Made by a program: the position numbers and the translations under genes. DNA of 41,282 nt from Parachlamydiales bacterium (lineage in GTDB: Bacteria; Chlamydiota; Chlamydiia; Chlamydiales; SM23-39): positions 1 to 41,282 of the forward strand of contig JAFGQY010000060.1 in assembly GCA_016935395.1 (NCBI GenBank), in the 5' to 3' direction. Shown piece after piece: positions 1-10,843 of the stretch; within the stretch, counting starts at the first letter, position 1; every line of letters starts with the position of its first letter. The notes below the pieces were generated by a model that saw only the letters and a program-made list of their open reading frames with translations, made no database searches and was not told the DNA's origin.

Positions 1-22
1 AAAGTAATTTTTTAAGGGTTAT

Positions 23-1555
23 ATGAAAGAAATTTTAATAAACGTTGAATCGAAGGAAGTACGTTTTGCATATATGCATAACAATCTACTTCACGATCTT
101 ATAATAGATCGAAAAAAAACGCGTCAGATTACCGGTAACGTATATCGCGGACAGGTAAGAAATATTTTACACAACATTCAATCTGCATTTATAGATATAG
201 ATGAAAAAGAAAATGGGTTTATCCATATTGATGACATTATTGAAAACCGCAAAAAGTTTGAAGCGATGTTTGATATGGATTTTGATATGGAGTATTCAAA
301 AGATGGGACATATTCATCTAAAACAAAACAGGATATTTCAAAAATTTTAAAAATAGATCAACCTGTTTTAGTTCAAGTGGTAAAAGAGTCTATTGGGACT
401 AAGGGTGCTAGACTTACATCCAACCTTTCAATTGCCGGAAGATATCTGGTTTTACTGCCTAATACCCCTCATAGAGGAGTTTCCAGAAAAATAGAAAATA
501 GAACACTAAGAGACAGATTAAAAAATTTAATCAAAGCATTTGAAATGCCGAAAGACATGGGATTAATTTGCAGAACGGCATCTGCAAATGCTGAAGTTGA
601 TGTATTGATAGACGAAGCTAACGATCTACTTAAAATATGGCAGGAGATAGTAGATAAATTCCATCAATCAAAAGGTCCTGCATTATTATATGAAGAATGG
701 GGTCTTTTAAAAAAGGCAATATTAACTGCAGTAGACAAAAAATATGATCGAATATTAGTGGATGATATCAACATATTTCAAAAGTGCAGATATCTTTATA
801 AAAACTACGAAAAAGAGCATCCCCTTCAAATAGACATATACAAAGGAAAAATTCCTCTTTTTGAAAAGTACAAGGTGGATTTGGAGATTGAAAAAGCAAT
901 GAGAAGAAAAATATGGCTTCCATCCGGCGGTTATTTGTATTTTGATAAGACAGAAGCTATGTACACTATAGATGTGAACTCGGGAAGAAGTTCTAAAAAT
1001 GAAGTAAAAGATGTTGAAGAAACGCTGCTTAGAATAAATATGGAAGCGGCTGAAGAAATTGCAAAACAACTAAGGTTACGAAATGTTGGTGGACTGATAA
1101 TTTGTGATTTTATTGATATGAGACATAGAAAAAATCAAAGAAGATTATTAGAAAAATTAAAAGATGCGATGAAAGATGACTATGCAAAATGCACAGTTTT
1201 AGGGATGAGTGAATTTGGACTTGTTGAGATGACTCGCCAAAGAGCTAGAGAATCTTTAATCCAAACAATTTTTCAACCATGTCCATACTGTTCAGGTAAT
1301 GGAATGATTAAAAATTTCGAGACTGTTTCGATCGAAATTGAAAGGATTTTGAAAATGCATTTCAAAGATTATTCAAAATCCACTTTTGAATTAACCATAC
1401 ACAAACAGCTGGAAAACTACTTAAACGTTTCGGATAGTAATTATTTTAGTAAGATTGCGAAGCAAACTAACAATATTTTAAAAATCAAAACATCTGATGA
1501 TCTTCATTTAAATGATTATAAATTAGCAATTGACGGAGCTAACGTTGATGTCTAG
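23..1555 (+). CDS. rng: Ribonuclease G/E family endoribonuclease (RNase G / CafA-like)
   Basis: 510-aa ORF. It has an N-terminal S1 RNA-binding domain (GNVYRGQVRNILHNIQSAFIDID), the catalytic-core motif TIDVNSGRS and a CPYCSGNG Zn-link-like motif, as in Rne/Rng proteins. An AAGGG Shine-Dalgarno-like element lies just upstream of the ATG. Confidence 0.85.
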   Translation: MKEILINVESKEVRFAYMHNNLLHDLIIDRKKTRQITGNVYRGQVRNILHNIQSAFIDIDEKENGFIHIDDIIENRKKFEAMFDMDFDMEYSKDGTYSSKTKQDISKILKIDQPVLVQVVKESIGTKGARLTSNLSIAGRYLVLLPNTPHRGVSRKIENRTLRDRLKNLIKAFEMPKDMGLICRTASANAEVDVLIDEANDLLKIWQEIVDKFHQSKGPALLYEEWGLLKKAILTAVDKKYDRILVDDINIFQKCRYLYKNYEKEHPLQIDIYKGKIPLFEKYKVDLEIEKAMRRKIWLPSGGYLYFDKTEAMYTIDVNSGRSSKNEVKDVEETLLRINMEAAEEIAKQLRLRNVGGLIICDFIDMRHRKNQRRLLEKLKDAMKDDYAKCTVLGMSEFGLVEMTRQRARESLIQTIFQPCPYCSGNGMIKNFETVSIEIERILKMHFKDYSKSTFELTIHKQLENYLNVSDSNYFSKIAKQTNNILKIKTSDDLHLNDYKLAIDGANVDV

Positions 1556-2552
1556 CGATTTGATAATAAAAAAAATTGAAAAGCTATATAATTCAAAGAT
1601 ACTACCTAAGAAGTATTTTGATATTCTTGAAAATTTTTATCTGGGGTACAAAGATCAGGTAAAAAAAGTAATATCAGAAGAAAATATTTACAATATATTT
1701 AATACATTAATTGATTTGATACTTGATCAATTTAAATCCCCTTTTATTTTTGATCCTTATCATCAAAAGGTAACAAAGCCTTTTGACTATCAAAAATTTG
1801 GACTTGATTTTGTAAGACCTCTTATTGATTTTGAAAATTCAAAATTATTTGGAGAAGATAATTTACAAAAAATTGCCAAGCAGCTTGATAACAATGAGAA
1901 TGTAATACTTTTTGCAAATCACCAAAGTGAGCTTGATCCTCAGGCGATTGGACTGCTTTTAGGAAATAAATTCAAGAAAGTAGCAGACGAAATGATTTTT
2001 GTAGCTGGAGAAAGAGTTTTGACAGATCCGCTTGCTATACCATTTAGTATGGGTTGTAATCTTTTATGTATTTTTTCTAAAAGATATATAGACATTGATC
2101 CCAAGTTGCAGCACCAAAAGCAAATACACAATAAAAAAGTTATGACATTAATGAGCGATCTTTTGCATGAAGGTGGCAAAGTAATTTATGTAGCTCCATC
2201 CGGAGGAAGAGACAGAAAAGATGAAAACAAAAAAATTCAAATAGCTGAATTTGACCCGCAAAGTTTAGAGATGTTTTATTTAATGTGCAAAAAAGCTAAA
2301 ACTCCAACACATTTTTATCCTTTAACTCTGTCTACATATGAGATTGCTCCCCCTCCTGAAAAGATACAAATTGATTTAGGAGAGAAAAGAATAGTAAAAA
2401 GAGGATCTATATTTATTAGTTTTTCAAAAGAAATCGACATGGAAAAATTTTTAGGTTCAGAGACAGCAGATAAAATAGAAAGAAGAAAAAATAGAGCAAA
2501 ATATTTACATAGTATAGTAAAAGAAGAGTATAGGAATATTACCAAAGGATAG
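1548..2552 (+). CDS. plsB: Glycerol-3-phosphate acyltransferase, soluble plant-ATS1-type (annotated plsB in Chlamydia)
   Basis: Carries the acyltransferase HX4D motif (FANHQSELDP) and an APSGGRDR block typical of chloroplast-type GPAT. I chose the ATG at 1548, which overlaps the rng stop (GTTGATGTCTAG). The ORF-track start at 1530 is a TTG. Confidence 0.8.
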   Translation: MSSDLIIKKIEKLYNSKILPKKYFDILENFYLGYKDQVKKVISEENIYNIFNTLIDLILDQFKSPFIFDPYHQKVTKPFDYQKFGLDFVRPLIDFENSKLFGEDNLQKIAKQLDNNENVILFANHQSELDPQAIGLLLGNKFKKVADEMIFVAGERVLTDPLAIPFSMGCNLLCIFSKRYIDIDPKLQHQKQIHNKKVMTLMSDLLHEGGKVIYVAPSGGRDRKDENKKIQIAEFDPQSLEMFYLMCKKAKTPTHFYPLTLSTYEIAPPPEKIQIDLGEKRIVKRGSIFISFSKEIDMEKFLGSETADKIERRKNRAKYLHSIVKEEYRNITKG

Positions 2553-2557
2553 TCTTT

Positions 2558-5407
2558 GTGCTTAAAGCTTTTTTTATAATATTATTTTCAGTAAATATAA
2601 TTTTCGCATCTAACTACCAAGAAATCCCAGACACATCTAATCTCATTTTAAAAAATCCTTCCATGAAAGAAAGGAAAACTCTTAAATTAAGATTAAATAA
2701 CGGTCTTAGAGTTTTATTAGTATCCGACAAGAACGCTGACAAATCAGCAGCAGCTTTAGGCGTTGCGGTAGGAGCTTGGGACGATCCAATAAAATATCAA
2801 GGAACAGCTCATTTTTGTGAGCACATGCTTTTTATGGGATCAAAAAAATATCCTGATCCGAGAGGATTTGTAAAATATATTACTGATAATTCCGGAGACA
2901 GAAATGCTTATACTAGCTTTGATAAAACGGTATACATGTTTCAAGTTAATACATCAGCTTTAAACGAAGCTTTAGACAGGCTGTCTCACTTTTTTATAGA
3001 TCCTTTATTTGATCCAACATGTATTTCTAAAGAACTTTATGCAATTGATCAAGAACATTCAAAAAATATTGAAAATGATCATAGAAGAGCTTGGATGATA
3101 ACAAAAGAGATCGGCAATCCAGATCATCCTAATGTAAAATTTTCAACAGGAAACTCTGATACTTTAAAAACTATGCCACCGGAAGAACTTGTAAATTGGT
3201 ATAAGAAGAATTACTCATCAAATTTAATGGTTTTGGTTATCTATTCGCCATTAGATATAAATGTATTAAAACAGATGGCAATAGAAAATTTCTCCAAAAT
3301 ACAAAATATCGGCAAGGATCCGCTTAATACAAAAGAGACATATTTTTTAAAAAAGAATTTATCAAAAATAGTATATATAAAACCAATATCTAACATACAA
3401 ATCCTCAATTTGTCATTTGAAATAGATGAATCTAATTTTGAAGAGAACACAAAATCACTAGAGCTAATTGCCTATACATTAAAAAGAGGACAAAAATATT
3501 CCCTTTTTGAAAATTTAAAAAATTCTAATCTTGCCGAAGATCTTGATATAGATGTTAGCAATATCGGATACAAAAAAAAACTATTTTCTATAGATGTCAA
3601 ACTTACTGATTTAGGTCTTTTGAATTATTTAGAAGTAATAAAAAGATGCTTTGAATCTTTTAGCAATTTAAAAATATCTGGAACGCCAAAATATCTTTTC
3701 ACAGAAATGCAGGAGATGAATAAGCTAAATTATGAATATCAGTCTCATATTGAAGCGTTTGATTTTGTTTGTGACAATGCAACATATCTTTTAGAAGAAG
3801 ATTTTCAAAACTATCCAAAAGACAAAATACTTGCAAAAAATTATTCTCCAAAAACGGTCCAAGAAATTTTAAACTCACTTTGTATAGACAATTGTCAATT
3901 TAATTTAATTGCTAATCCTGCAAAAACAAAAATTAAATTAGATAGAAAAGAAAAGTGGATGAACGCTGAGTATACAATAAGTGATCTTCCAAAAGATTTT
4001 ATAGCGGAAATTCAAAAAAATCCCACAAATCAAAATATTAGATTACCAGAGCCTAACACTTTCATTCCTACCGATTTAAAAATTGTAGAAATTAAAGAAC
4101 CACAAAAAGAGCCAAAAAAAATAGTTCAAAATGATTTTGGGAAAATATTTTACTCTCAAGATGAAAAATTTCATGTTCCAGAAGTTGCTTGGCAATTTGA
4201 TATCAAAGATTCTCTTTTTTCTAACGAAGTTAAGTCAGTTGTATTAAAAGAGCTATATATAAAAGCCTTAAACGATAAATTGACATATGTCAAAGCCGCA
4301 GCGAGTCAAGCGGGTCTTAGCGCTACAATTGATTCAGCACCTAATGGCATAAAAATTAAAATATTGGGATATTCACAAAAAGCTAATCTTTTACTGGAAG
4401 ACATTTTGAAGGGAATAAAAAATTTTCATATAAACAAGGAAGAATTTACCAAATATTTTTCATCTTTAAAAAAAGAGTACGAAAATCAGCAGAAGATTTT
4501 ACCTGTGCTGCAAGCTAAAAACTATCTTAGCTCAGTCTTATTAAATTACAATTTACCAACCTTAGAGAAGCAAAAAACATTGGATTTGATTAATTTTAAT
4601 GATTTCGAAAAATTTTCAACTGATCTTTTTAATGAAACATATATTGAAGGGTTTTTATCTGGTAATTTAACTTTAAAAGATTCAGAAGGTCTTTGGGTAG
4701 ATATCAAAGATGTGCTTGGCAAAAAACCTTTCAAAGTCTCTGATCAATACAAAAAAAAGATATTTGTTTTATCAAAAAACGGTCCATTTCTTGAAACAAA
4801 GAAAACCCCTTCTTTGGGAAATGGTGTAATATTAACAATAGATGAGGGTGAACAAACCTTTGAAAATCAAGCAGCACAATCAGTGTTATCACAGGTTTTA
4901 AAAGAAGCGTTTTTTACCTCCCTTCGATCAGATCAAAAAACTGGATATTATGTAGCTGCTAATGACTACGAAATAGAAAAAAGACTTTTTCAGATGTTTT
5001 TGGTTCAATCAAACTCTCACGATGGCTTTGATTTAATAACCAGGTTTGAAATTTTTATTGAAGATTTTTTAGATAATATTGAAACAAAAATCCCTGAAAA
5101 CAGATTTAAGAACATCAAAGAAAATCTTATTACAGAGCTTTCGCTTCCCTTTAAAAATTTATATGAACAGGCAAATAAACAAAGCCGCCTCGCATTTGAA
5201 TATAATGAGGACTTTTCTTTAAACGACAAAAAAATAAGTGGCTTGAAAGATTTAAGCTACAAAGATTTTATAAGACTCTCTAATGAGTTTTTATCTCATA
5301 ACAATAAAAGAAGATTTGCTCTTTTATTTGAAGGTAAAATAGATAAAGATTTCAGATACAAACCTATTACTCAAAGTGAATTAAATATGTTAGGATCTTA
5401 TAAATAA
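2558..5407 (+). CDS. M16 family zinc metallopeptidase (insulinase/pitrilysin-like), secreted
   Basis: 949 aa with the inverted zinc motif HxxEH (HFCEHMLFMGS) and an N-terminal hydrophobic signal-like segment (MLKAFFIILFSVNIIFASN). GTG start. The size and two-half architecture fit protease III / insulin-degrading-enzyme relatives. Confidence 0.85.
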   Translation: MLKAFFIILFSVNIIFASNYQEIPDTSNLILKNPSMKERKTLKLRLNNGLRVLLVSDKNADKSAAALGVAVGAWDDPIKYQGTAHFCEHMLFMGSKKYPDPRGFVKYITDNSGDRNAYTSFDKTVYMFQVNTSALNEALDRLSHFFIDPLFDPTCISKELYAIDQEHSKNIENDHRRAWMITKEIGNPDHPNVKFSTGNSDTLKTMPPEELVNWYKKNYSSNLMVLVIYSPLDINVLKQMAIENFSKIQNIGKDPLNTKETYFLKKNLSKIVYIKPISNIQILNLSFEIDESNFEENTKSLELIAYTLKRGQKYSLFENLKNSNLAEDLDIDVSNIGYKKKLFSIDVKLTDLGLLNYLEVIKRCFESFSNLKISGTPKYLFTEMQEMNKLNYEYQSHIEAFDFVCDNATYLLEEDFQNYPKDKILAKNYSPKTVQEILNSLCIDNCQFNLIANPAKTKIKLDRKEKWMNAEYTISDLPKDFIAEIQKNPTNQNIRLPEPNTFIPTDLKIVEIKEPQKEPKKIVQNDFGKIFYSQDEKFHVPEVAWQFDIKDSLFSNEVKSVVLKELYIKALNDKLTYVKAAASQAGLSATIDSAPNGIKIKILGYSQKANLLLEDILKGIKNFHINKEEFTKYFSSLKKEYENQQKILPVLQAKNYLSSVLLNYNLPTLEKQKTLDLINFNDFEKFSTDLFNETYIEGFLSGNLTLKDSEGLWVDIKDVLGKKPFKVSDQYKKKIFVLSKNGPFLETKKTPSLGNGVILTIDEGEQTFENQAAQSVLSQVLKEAFFTSLRSDQKTGYYVAANDYEIEKRLFQMFLVQSNSHDGFDLITRFEIFIEDFLDNIETKIPENRFKNIKENLITELSLPFKNLYEQANKQSRLAFEYNEDFSLNDKKISGLKDLSYKDFIRLSNEFLSHNNKRRFALLFEGKIDKDFRYKPITQSELNMLGSYK

Positions 5408-5528
5408 TCTATTTATTTTTTAACTTGATTCTTTTTTTTAAAAATAAAAACAAAGACATTGGTTTAAAAAATATTTCAAAGTTTTTATACTCCGAATTAG
5501 ATAAGAATTTTAAATAATAGGTTATTTT

Positions 5529-7745
5529 ATGAGCATAATACAAACAGAAAAAACTTCTGTTAAAACCGTCATAAAAAGAGATGGTAAAATCAAAAAATTT
5601 GACATTAACAAAGTCAAAAAAGTAATAGCTTGGGCTATAGAAAAATTAGACATCAATCCCCTAAAACTAGAAGCTACGATAGACATAATTTTTAATGATA
5701 AAATTAAAACAAGTGAGATACAGGACAATTTAATCTATCACGCATTATCTTTAACATCAGTTGAAGAGCCTGATTGGAGAATTGTAGCCGGAAGACTTTT
5801 GATGATGAACACCTGGAAAGACACTCAAAGAAAAAGAGGATATTTATATGGAGACTACATATCTCACGTAAAAAAAATGGTGCTTCTCAAAAGATATGAT
5901 AAAAAGATTTTACAGATATACACAGAAAGTGATTTGAAAGAAGCGGGGTTTTGGCTAAATAGAAAAAGAGATTTAGAATATGATTACGCAGCAGCAGTTC
6001 TTTTAACAAACAGGTATTTGATAGAAGATGAACTTCCGGGTGAAGCCTATTTAACAATTGCTCTTTTATTAGCAAGCGTTGAAAAAAAGGAAAATAGATT
6101 AGATCAGGCTAAAATTTTTTATGAAATTTTATCTAAAAGAAAACTGTCTTTAGCAACCCCTATTTTACTAAATCTTAGAAGAATTAACGGAAATCTATCC
6201 TCTTGTTTTATAATTGCAATGGACGATGACATTGAATCAATTTTTGATACTGTGACAAAAATTGCTAAAATTTCAAAAAATGGTGGAGGAGTTGGAGTAA
6301 ATTTATCAAAAATCAGAGCTAAAGGTTCATGGGTAGCAAAAAACAAAAACGCATCTGGGGGTGTAGTTCCTTGGGTAAAGATAATTAATGATACTGCAGT
6401 AGCGGTAAACCAGATGGGTAAAAGAGCCGGAGCTGTTACCACATCTTTAGACATATGGCATTTAGATATTGAAGAGTTTTTAGAGCTTCAAACGGAAAAT
6501 GGGGATCAAAGAAGAAAAGCGTATGATATTTTTCCTCAAGTTGTAGCACCAGATCTTTTTATGAATTATTTAAAAGAGAATAAGACCTGGTATTTATTTG
6601 ATCCATATGAAGTGAAAACAAAATTAAAAATAGACCTTCCATCTTTAGTAGGTAAAAATTTTGAAATGGCATATCAAAAATGTGTTAATGCTTACCTACT
6701 TGATAAAACTCTTGAGCTTGTAAAAGAAGTCAGTTCAAAAGATTTGATCAAACAGATAATGAAAACTCAATTAGAAACAGGTATGCCCTATATATTTTTT
6801 AAAGATACGGCAAATAAAGACAATCCAAACAAGCATGAAGGATATATTCCAGCGGGAAATCTTTGTATGGAATCTTTTTCAAATGTTTTAGCAAATCAAG
6901 AGATACATACATGCAACCTAGTTTCTCTTAATTTAGCAAATATTGAAGATGAAGAGCTAGAATCGATTTGTGAATCTAGTGTTAGGATATTAGATAACAC
7001 TATAGATCTTACAATAACTCCCGATGATCAAAGTCAATCTCATAATGCGAAATACAGAACTATTGGAATTGGCGCTATGGGACTTGCAGACTTTTTAGCT
7101 AAAAAAGAGGTGCCTTACGAACAAAGCTCTAATGTTGTTGACGAGCTATTTGAAAAAATTGCTTTTCATAGCGTCAAAGCATCGATTAAGCTTGCCAGTC
7201 TAAGAGGCGCTTTTAAAGCATTTAAAGGATCTATGTGGGATACAGATGAAAGACTTGATGGATATATTAAAAAAAGCAAAAACGGACAAAACTGGGAAAG
7301 TTTAAAAAGCGATTTAAAAAAGTATGGAATAAGAAACTCTCAGCTTTTAGCAATTGCGCCAAACACCTCATCAGCATTAGTCCAAGGATGTACAGCGTCA
7401 GTGCTACCTATTTTTTCAAAGTTTTTCTACGATAAAAATTCTAGAGGAGCGGTTCCAATCTGTCCTCCTTTTATCAAAAAAAGATTTTGGTATTATAAAG
7501 AGTACAAGCATATGGACAGCATTGCTGTAAACAGTGTAATTTCAAACATTCAAAAGTGGATAGATACGGGCATTTCATATGAGCTTATTTTCAATTTAAA
7601 TCTGCCTCATATAAATGCAAAATATATCTTTGATACAATTGTAGATGCTTGGGAAAAAAATATAAAAACAATATATTATGTAAGAACTATTCAAAAAGAT
7701 GGTTCTACTTTAGATAAAAATGAATGCATAAGCTGCGCCAACTAA
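5529..7745 (+). CDS. nrdA: Ribonucleoside-diphosphate reductase, class I alpha subunit (single ATP-cone)
   Basis: 738 aa. It has an N-terminal ATP-cone (VIKRDGKIKKFDINKV), the active-site motif GNLCMES and a C-terminal redox Cys pair (ECISCAN). nrdB follows immediately. Confidence 0.95.
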   Translation: MSIIQTEKTSVKTVIKRDGKIKKFDINKVKKVIAWAIEKLDINPLKLEATIDIIFNDKIKTSEIQDNLIYHALSLTSVEEPDWRIVAGRLLMMNTWKDTQRKRGYLYGDYISHVKKMVLLKRYDKKILQIYTESDLKEAGFWLNRKRDLEYDYAAAVLLTNRYLIEDELPGEAYLTIALLLASVEKKENRLDQAKIFYEILSKRKLSLATPILLNLRRINGNLSSCFIIAMDDDIESIFDTVTKIAKISKNGGGVGVNLSKIRAKGSWVAKNKNASGGVVPWVKIINDTAVAVNQMGKRAGAVTTSLDIWHLDIEEFLELQTENGDQRRKAYDIFPQVVAPDLFMNYLKENKTWYLFDPYEVKTKLKIDLPSLVGKNFEMAYQKCVNAYLLDKTLELVKEVSSKDLIKQIMKTQLETGMPYIFFKDTANKDNPNKHEGYIPAGNLCMESFSNVLANQEIHTCNLVSLNLANIEDEELESICESSVRILDNTIDLTITPDDQSQSHNAKYRTIGIGAMGLADFLAKKEVPYEQSSNVVDELFEKIAFHSVKASIKLASLRGAFKAFKGSMWDTDERLDGYIKKSKNGQNWESLKSDLKKYGIRNSQLLAIAPNTSSALVQGCTASVLPIFSKFFYDKNSRGAVPICPPFIKKRFWYYKEYKHMDSIAVNSVISNIQKWIDTGISYELIFNLNLPHINAKYIFDTIVDAWEKNIKTIYYVRTIQKDGSTLDKNECISCAN

Positions 7746-7755
7746 AGGGATAAAA

Positions 7756-8775
7756 ATGAAAGCAAAAAAACTATTTAATCCCCAAGGGATAGATTCCATA
7801 CAAGAAAGAAAGGTAATTAACGGCAATACTACCAATATATTTAATTTAAACAATGTTAAGTACACCTGGGCCAATAAGCTTTACAGAGTGATGATGGAAA
7901 ACTTTTGGATTCCTGAAAAGGTAGATTTAACAGCTGATATAAACGATTATAAAAATCTAACCATTGAAGAGAAAAAAGCTTTTGACGGTATTTTATCATT
8001 TTTGATCTTTTTAGATAGCATTCAAACAAATAACGTCCCTCATATTTCAGATTATATCACCTCTCCCGAGATCAATTTAGTATTAGCTATACAAACTTAC
8101 CAAGAAGCGATTCACTCTCAATCCTATCAATACATAATTGAAACAATTTTACCAAAAGAGACTAGAAACTACATTTATGATTTTTGGAGAGATGATAAGG
8201 TGTTATTTGAGAGAAATCAATATATAGCAAAAATTTTTCAAAATTTTTTAGATACTTCCAGCGAAGCTAATTTTAAAAAAGTTTTGATTGCAAACTTTTT
8301 ACTAGAAGGTCTTTATTTTTATAATGGTTTTAATTTCTTTTACAATTTGGCATCTCGCCATAAAATGCATGGCACTGCTGACATAATAAGATACATCAAT
8401 AGAGATGAGCTATTACATGTTGTAATTTTCAAAAAAGTAATTCCTGAAGTGATCGATGAAAACGATCACAAATGGATTTATGAAATGTTTGAAATAGCTG
8501 TGAAACAAGAGATCACTTGGACCAACCATATTATTGGAAATAGCGTACTTGGGATATCAGAAGATGCAACAGAAAAATACACAAAATACTTAGCAAACTC
8601 CCTACTCGAAAGAATTGATCTAAAACCTCTATATCCAGGATTTTTAGATAATCCATACATGCACTTAGAAAAAATAGCAGATACGGAAGGGAAAGGAGAT
8701 GTAAAAGCCAACTTTTTTGAAGCTACCGTTACATCTTATAATCAATCCTCTTCTATTGAAGGCTGGGATTTTTAA
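7756..8775 (+). CDS. nrdB: Ribonucleoside-diphosphate reductase, class Ia beta subunit (canonical Asp/Tyr form)
   Basis: Metal-ligand and radical motifs are FLDSIQ (Asp ligand), QEAIHSQSY (E-x-x-H-x-x-x-Y with the radical Tyr retained), LLEGLYF and RDELLH. An AAGGGA RBS precedes the ATG. Confidence 0.95.
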   Translation: MKAKKLFNPQGIDSIQERKVINGNTTNIFNLNNVKYTWANKLYRVMMENFWIPEKVDLTADINDYKNLTIEEKKAFDGILSFLIFLDSIQTNNVPHISDYITSPEINLVLAIQTYQEAIHSQSYQYIIETILPKETRNYIYDFWRDDKVLFERNQYIAKIFQNFLDTSSEANFKKVLIANFLLEGLYFYNGFNFFYNLASRHKMHGTADIIRYINRDELLHVVIFKKVIPEVIDENDHKWIYEMFEIAVKQEITWTNHIIGNSVLGISEDATEKYTKYLANSLLERIDLKPLYPGFLDNPYMHLEKIADTEGKGDVKANFFEATVTSYNQSSSIEGWDF

Positions 8776-8981
8776 AAAAAGAAAATTTTTCCTTTTTTTT
8801 AAATATATAAACTAATATTATTTTGTTAATTTTCATTTTTTATGTATTGTTTAAAAATAAAAAAATATCCGTAGCCATGAAAGTTTCATAAAACAAAAAG
8901 ACACTTTTTACTTATAGCACTCTTTTCAAAAAGAGATCATTTTTAAAAAAATAATTTTTTAATACTTTTTTGAGGTGTCGT

Positions 8982-10355
8982 ATGATAAAAGAATCATACC
9001 AACTAACTAAATATCCCCTAGGTTCAATACGTGAAATGATAACAGTTGCATGGCCATTAATGCTAAGTCTGTTGTCAGGAAGTTTTATGTTCTTTTTTGA
9101 TAGGTTTTTTCTAGGAATCTATTCACTTGATGCAATGAATGCTTCAGCATCATCCGGGATGGGCGCTTGGGCAATTTTAGTGCTTCCAATTGCAGTTGCT
9201 AGTATTTCGGAAGTATTTGTAGGTCAGTTTCACGGAAAAAGTGAATTTAAAAATATGGGAAAAGCAGCTTGGCAATTAATTTGGTTTTCAATTTTAATTT
9301 GGCCATTATTTTTTTTATTAGCTAATGTTTTTTCAAAATACATGTTTGTTGAAAGTCCGATAAAAAGCATGCAAATTACTTATTTTTCATGCGTTATGAA
9401 TTTTGGATCATTTTTCTGTTTATCGATAGCCTTAACAGGTTTTTTTGCAGGTCAAGGGAAAGTAAAACTTATTGCAATGTCTGCAATATTGGGTAATTTA
9501 GTAAACATTCTTTTGGACTATTTATTAATATTCGGAATTGGAATTATCCCATCTTTAGGAGTTTTGGGAGCTGCTATTGGTACTGTAATGGCACAAATTT
9601 TTCAAATAGGATTTTTTTTAATATTTTTTTTTAATAAAAAAAATAAAAAGGAGGCTAAGACACTTAACTGGAAGTTAGATAAAGAGCTTTTCAAAGATTC
9701 TTTAAAAATCGGTTTTCCTGCCGGAGTCTCTCACTTTTCGGAATTTATGGCTCACTTTGTATTTTTTAATTTGATGATAATGGCCGGGCGTGAATATATA
9801 ACAATAGTGGTATTGGTTCAAAGTCTGTATCTTATGATAGTATTTATTCTTGAAGGTCAATCAAAAGCGGTTATAGCAATAAGTTCAAATTTTATTGGAG
9901 CAAAAAAATACGACTATGTAGACAGAAATGTAAAATCAGCCTTTAAAATGCAGTTTATGTTTTTTAGCTTAATTTTTTTAATGTTTTTAATATTTTCTCC
10001 AGATATTTTTAAAATCTTTGTAAGCCAGGATAATATGCAAATTTTTCAAAATGCTGATTTTTTATCCAGACTGTATAAAACATCAATATTTGTTGGAATA
10101 TTTTTTCTAACTGATGGACTTGTCTGGATATTGATCGGTATGCTAATTGCTGCAGGAGACACAAAATTTATAATGAAAGTTGGAATTATAGCTCCTTGGA
10201 TTTTGTATATAACTCCTATTTATATTGGTATTAAGAATTTTGATATAAGGGTTAATCAATCTTGGGCTATAATTTCGCTATATAGCATGATTTTATTTGG
10301 AATATATTTTCTAAGATACAAAAGTAAAAAGTGGAAAAAGATTAAAATTTATTAA
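8982..10355 (+). CDS. MATE family multidrug/toxin efflux transporter
   Basis: Polytopic membrane protein of about 12 TM segments with MATE-like organisation and length. The ATG at 8982 follows GAGGTG (8972-8977). The ORF-track start at 8970 is a TTG with no better support. Confidence 0.75.
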   Translation: MIKESYQLTKYPLGSIREMITVAWPLMLSLLSGSFMFFFDRFFLGIYSLDAMNASASSGMGAWAILVLPIAVASISEVFVGQFHGKSEFKNMGKAAWQLIWFSILIWPLFFLLANVFSKYMFVESPIKSMQITYFSCVMNFGSFFCLSIALTGFFAGQGKVKLIAMSAILGNLVNILLDYLLIFGIGIIPSLGVLGAAIGTVMAQIFQIGFFLIFFFNKKNKKEAKTLNWKLDKELFKDSLKIGFPAGVSHFSEFMAHFVFFNLMIMAGREYITIVVLVQSLYLMIVFILEGQSKAVIAISSNFIGAKKYDYVDRNVKSAFKMQFMFFSLIFLMFLIFSPDIFKIFVSQDNMQIFQNADFLSRLYKTSIFVGIFFLTDGLVWILIGMLIAAGDTKFIMKVGIIAPWILYITPIYIGIKNFDIRVNQSWAIISLYSMILFGIYFLRYKSKKWKKIKIY

Positions 10356-10387
10356 AATCTTTTTTTTTAAAAAAAAAGAGAGAGAAT

Positions 10388-10843
10388 TTGAAAAACAAAG
10401 CAGTTTTTGAAGAAAAACCAAAAAATTTTAAGCCGGATCTGATCAGCGCTGCCTGCCATATTATTTTCAAAAATAAAATTCTTTTACTACAAAAATCAAA
10501 AAATCGTTGGGGAGAAAATAAGTGGGGAGTTCCCTGCGGCAGAATTGAAAAAGAGGAAAATATTTTTGATGCGATAAAAAGAGAAATCAAAGAGGAAATA
10601 CACTGGGACATTTCAATAAAAAACCTTCAATATCACAATCATGTATACATAGTTCATCCTGACGTTCAATATATATTTCACATGTTTAGCTTTGAACCTA
10701 AAAACACTCAAAAAGTTATTATTTCTGATGAACATTCTGATCATGAGTGGGCAGATATTGACAAATTAGATACTTTTGATCTTTTACCTGGACAAAAAGA
10801 GGCTTTTGAAATATTTTTCAAAAAAAAATCAAAAGATAATTAA
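10388..10843 (+). CDS. Nudix hydrolase
   Basis: Nudix box G-x5-E-x7-RE-I-x-EE seen as GRIEKEENIFDAIKREIKEEI. TTG start; there is no in-frame ATG near the N-terminus. Confidence 0.75.
   Translation: MKNKAVFEEKPKNFKPDLISAACHIIFKNKILLLQKSKNRWGENKWGVPCGRIEKEENIFDAIKREIKEEIHWDISIKNLQYHNHVYIVHPDVQYIFHMFSFEPKNTQKVIISDEHSDHEWADIDKLDTFDLLPGQKEAFEIFFKKKSKDN

Noticed and set aside
5408-5528. Possible NrdR boxes upstream of nrdA
   Set aside because: I read the spacer on both strands and found no pair of 16-bp palindromes resembling the NrdR box consensus as I remember it.
5522-5728. 68-aa minus-strand ORF over the nrdA start
   Set aside because: It is antisense to the highly conserved ATP-cone of nrdA and is a hydrophobic shadow frame.
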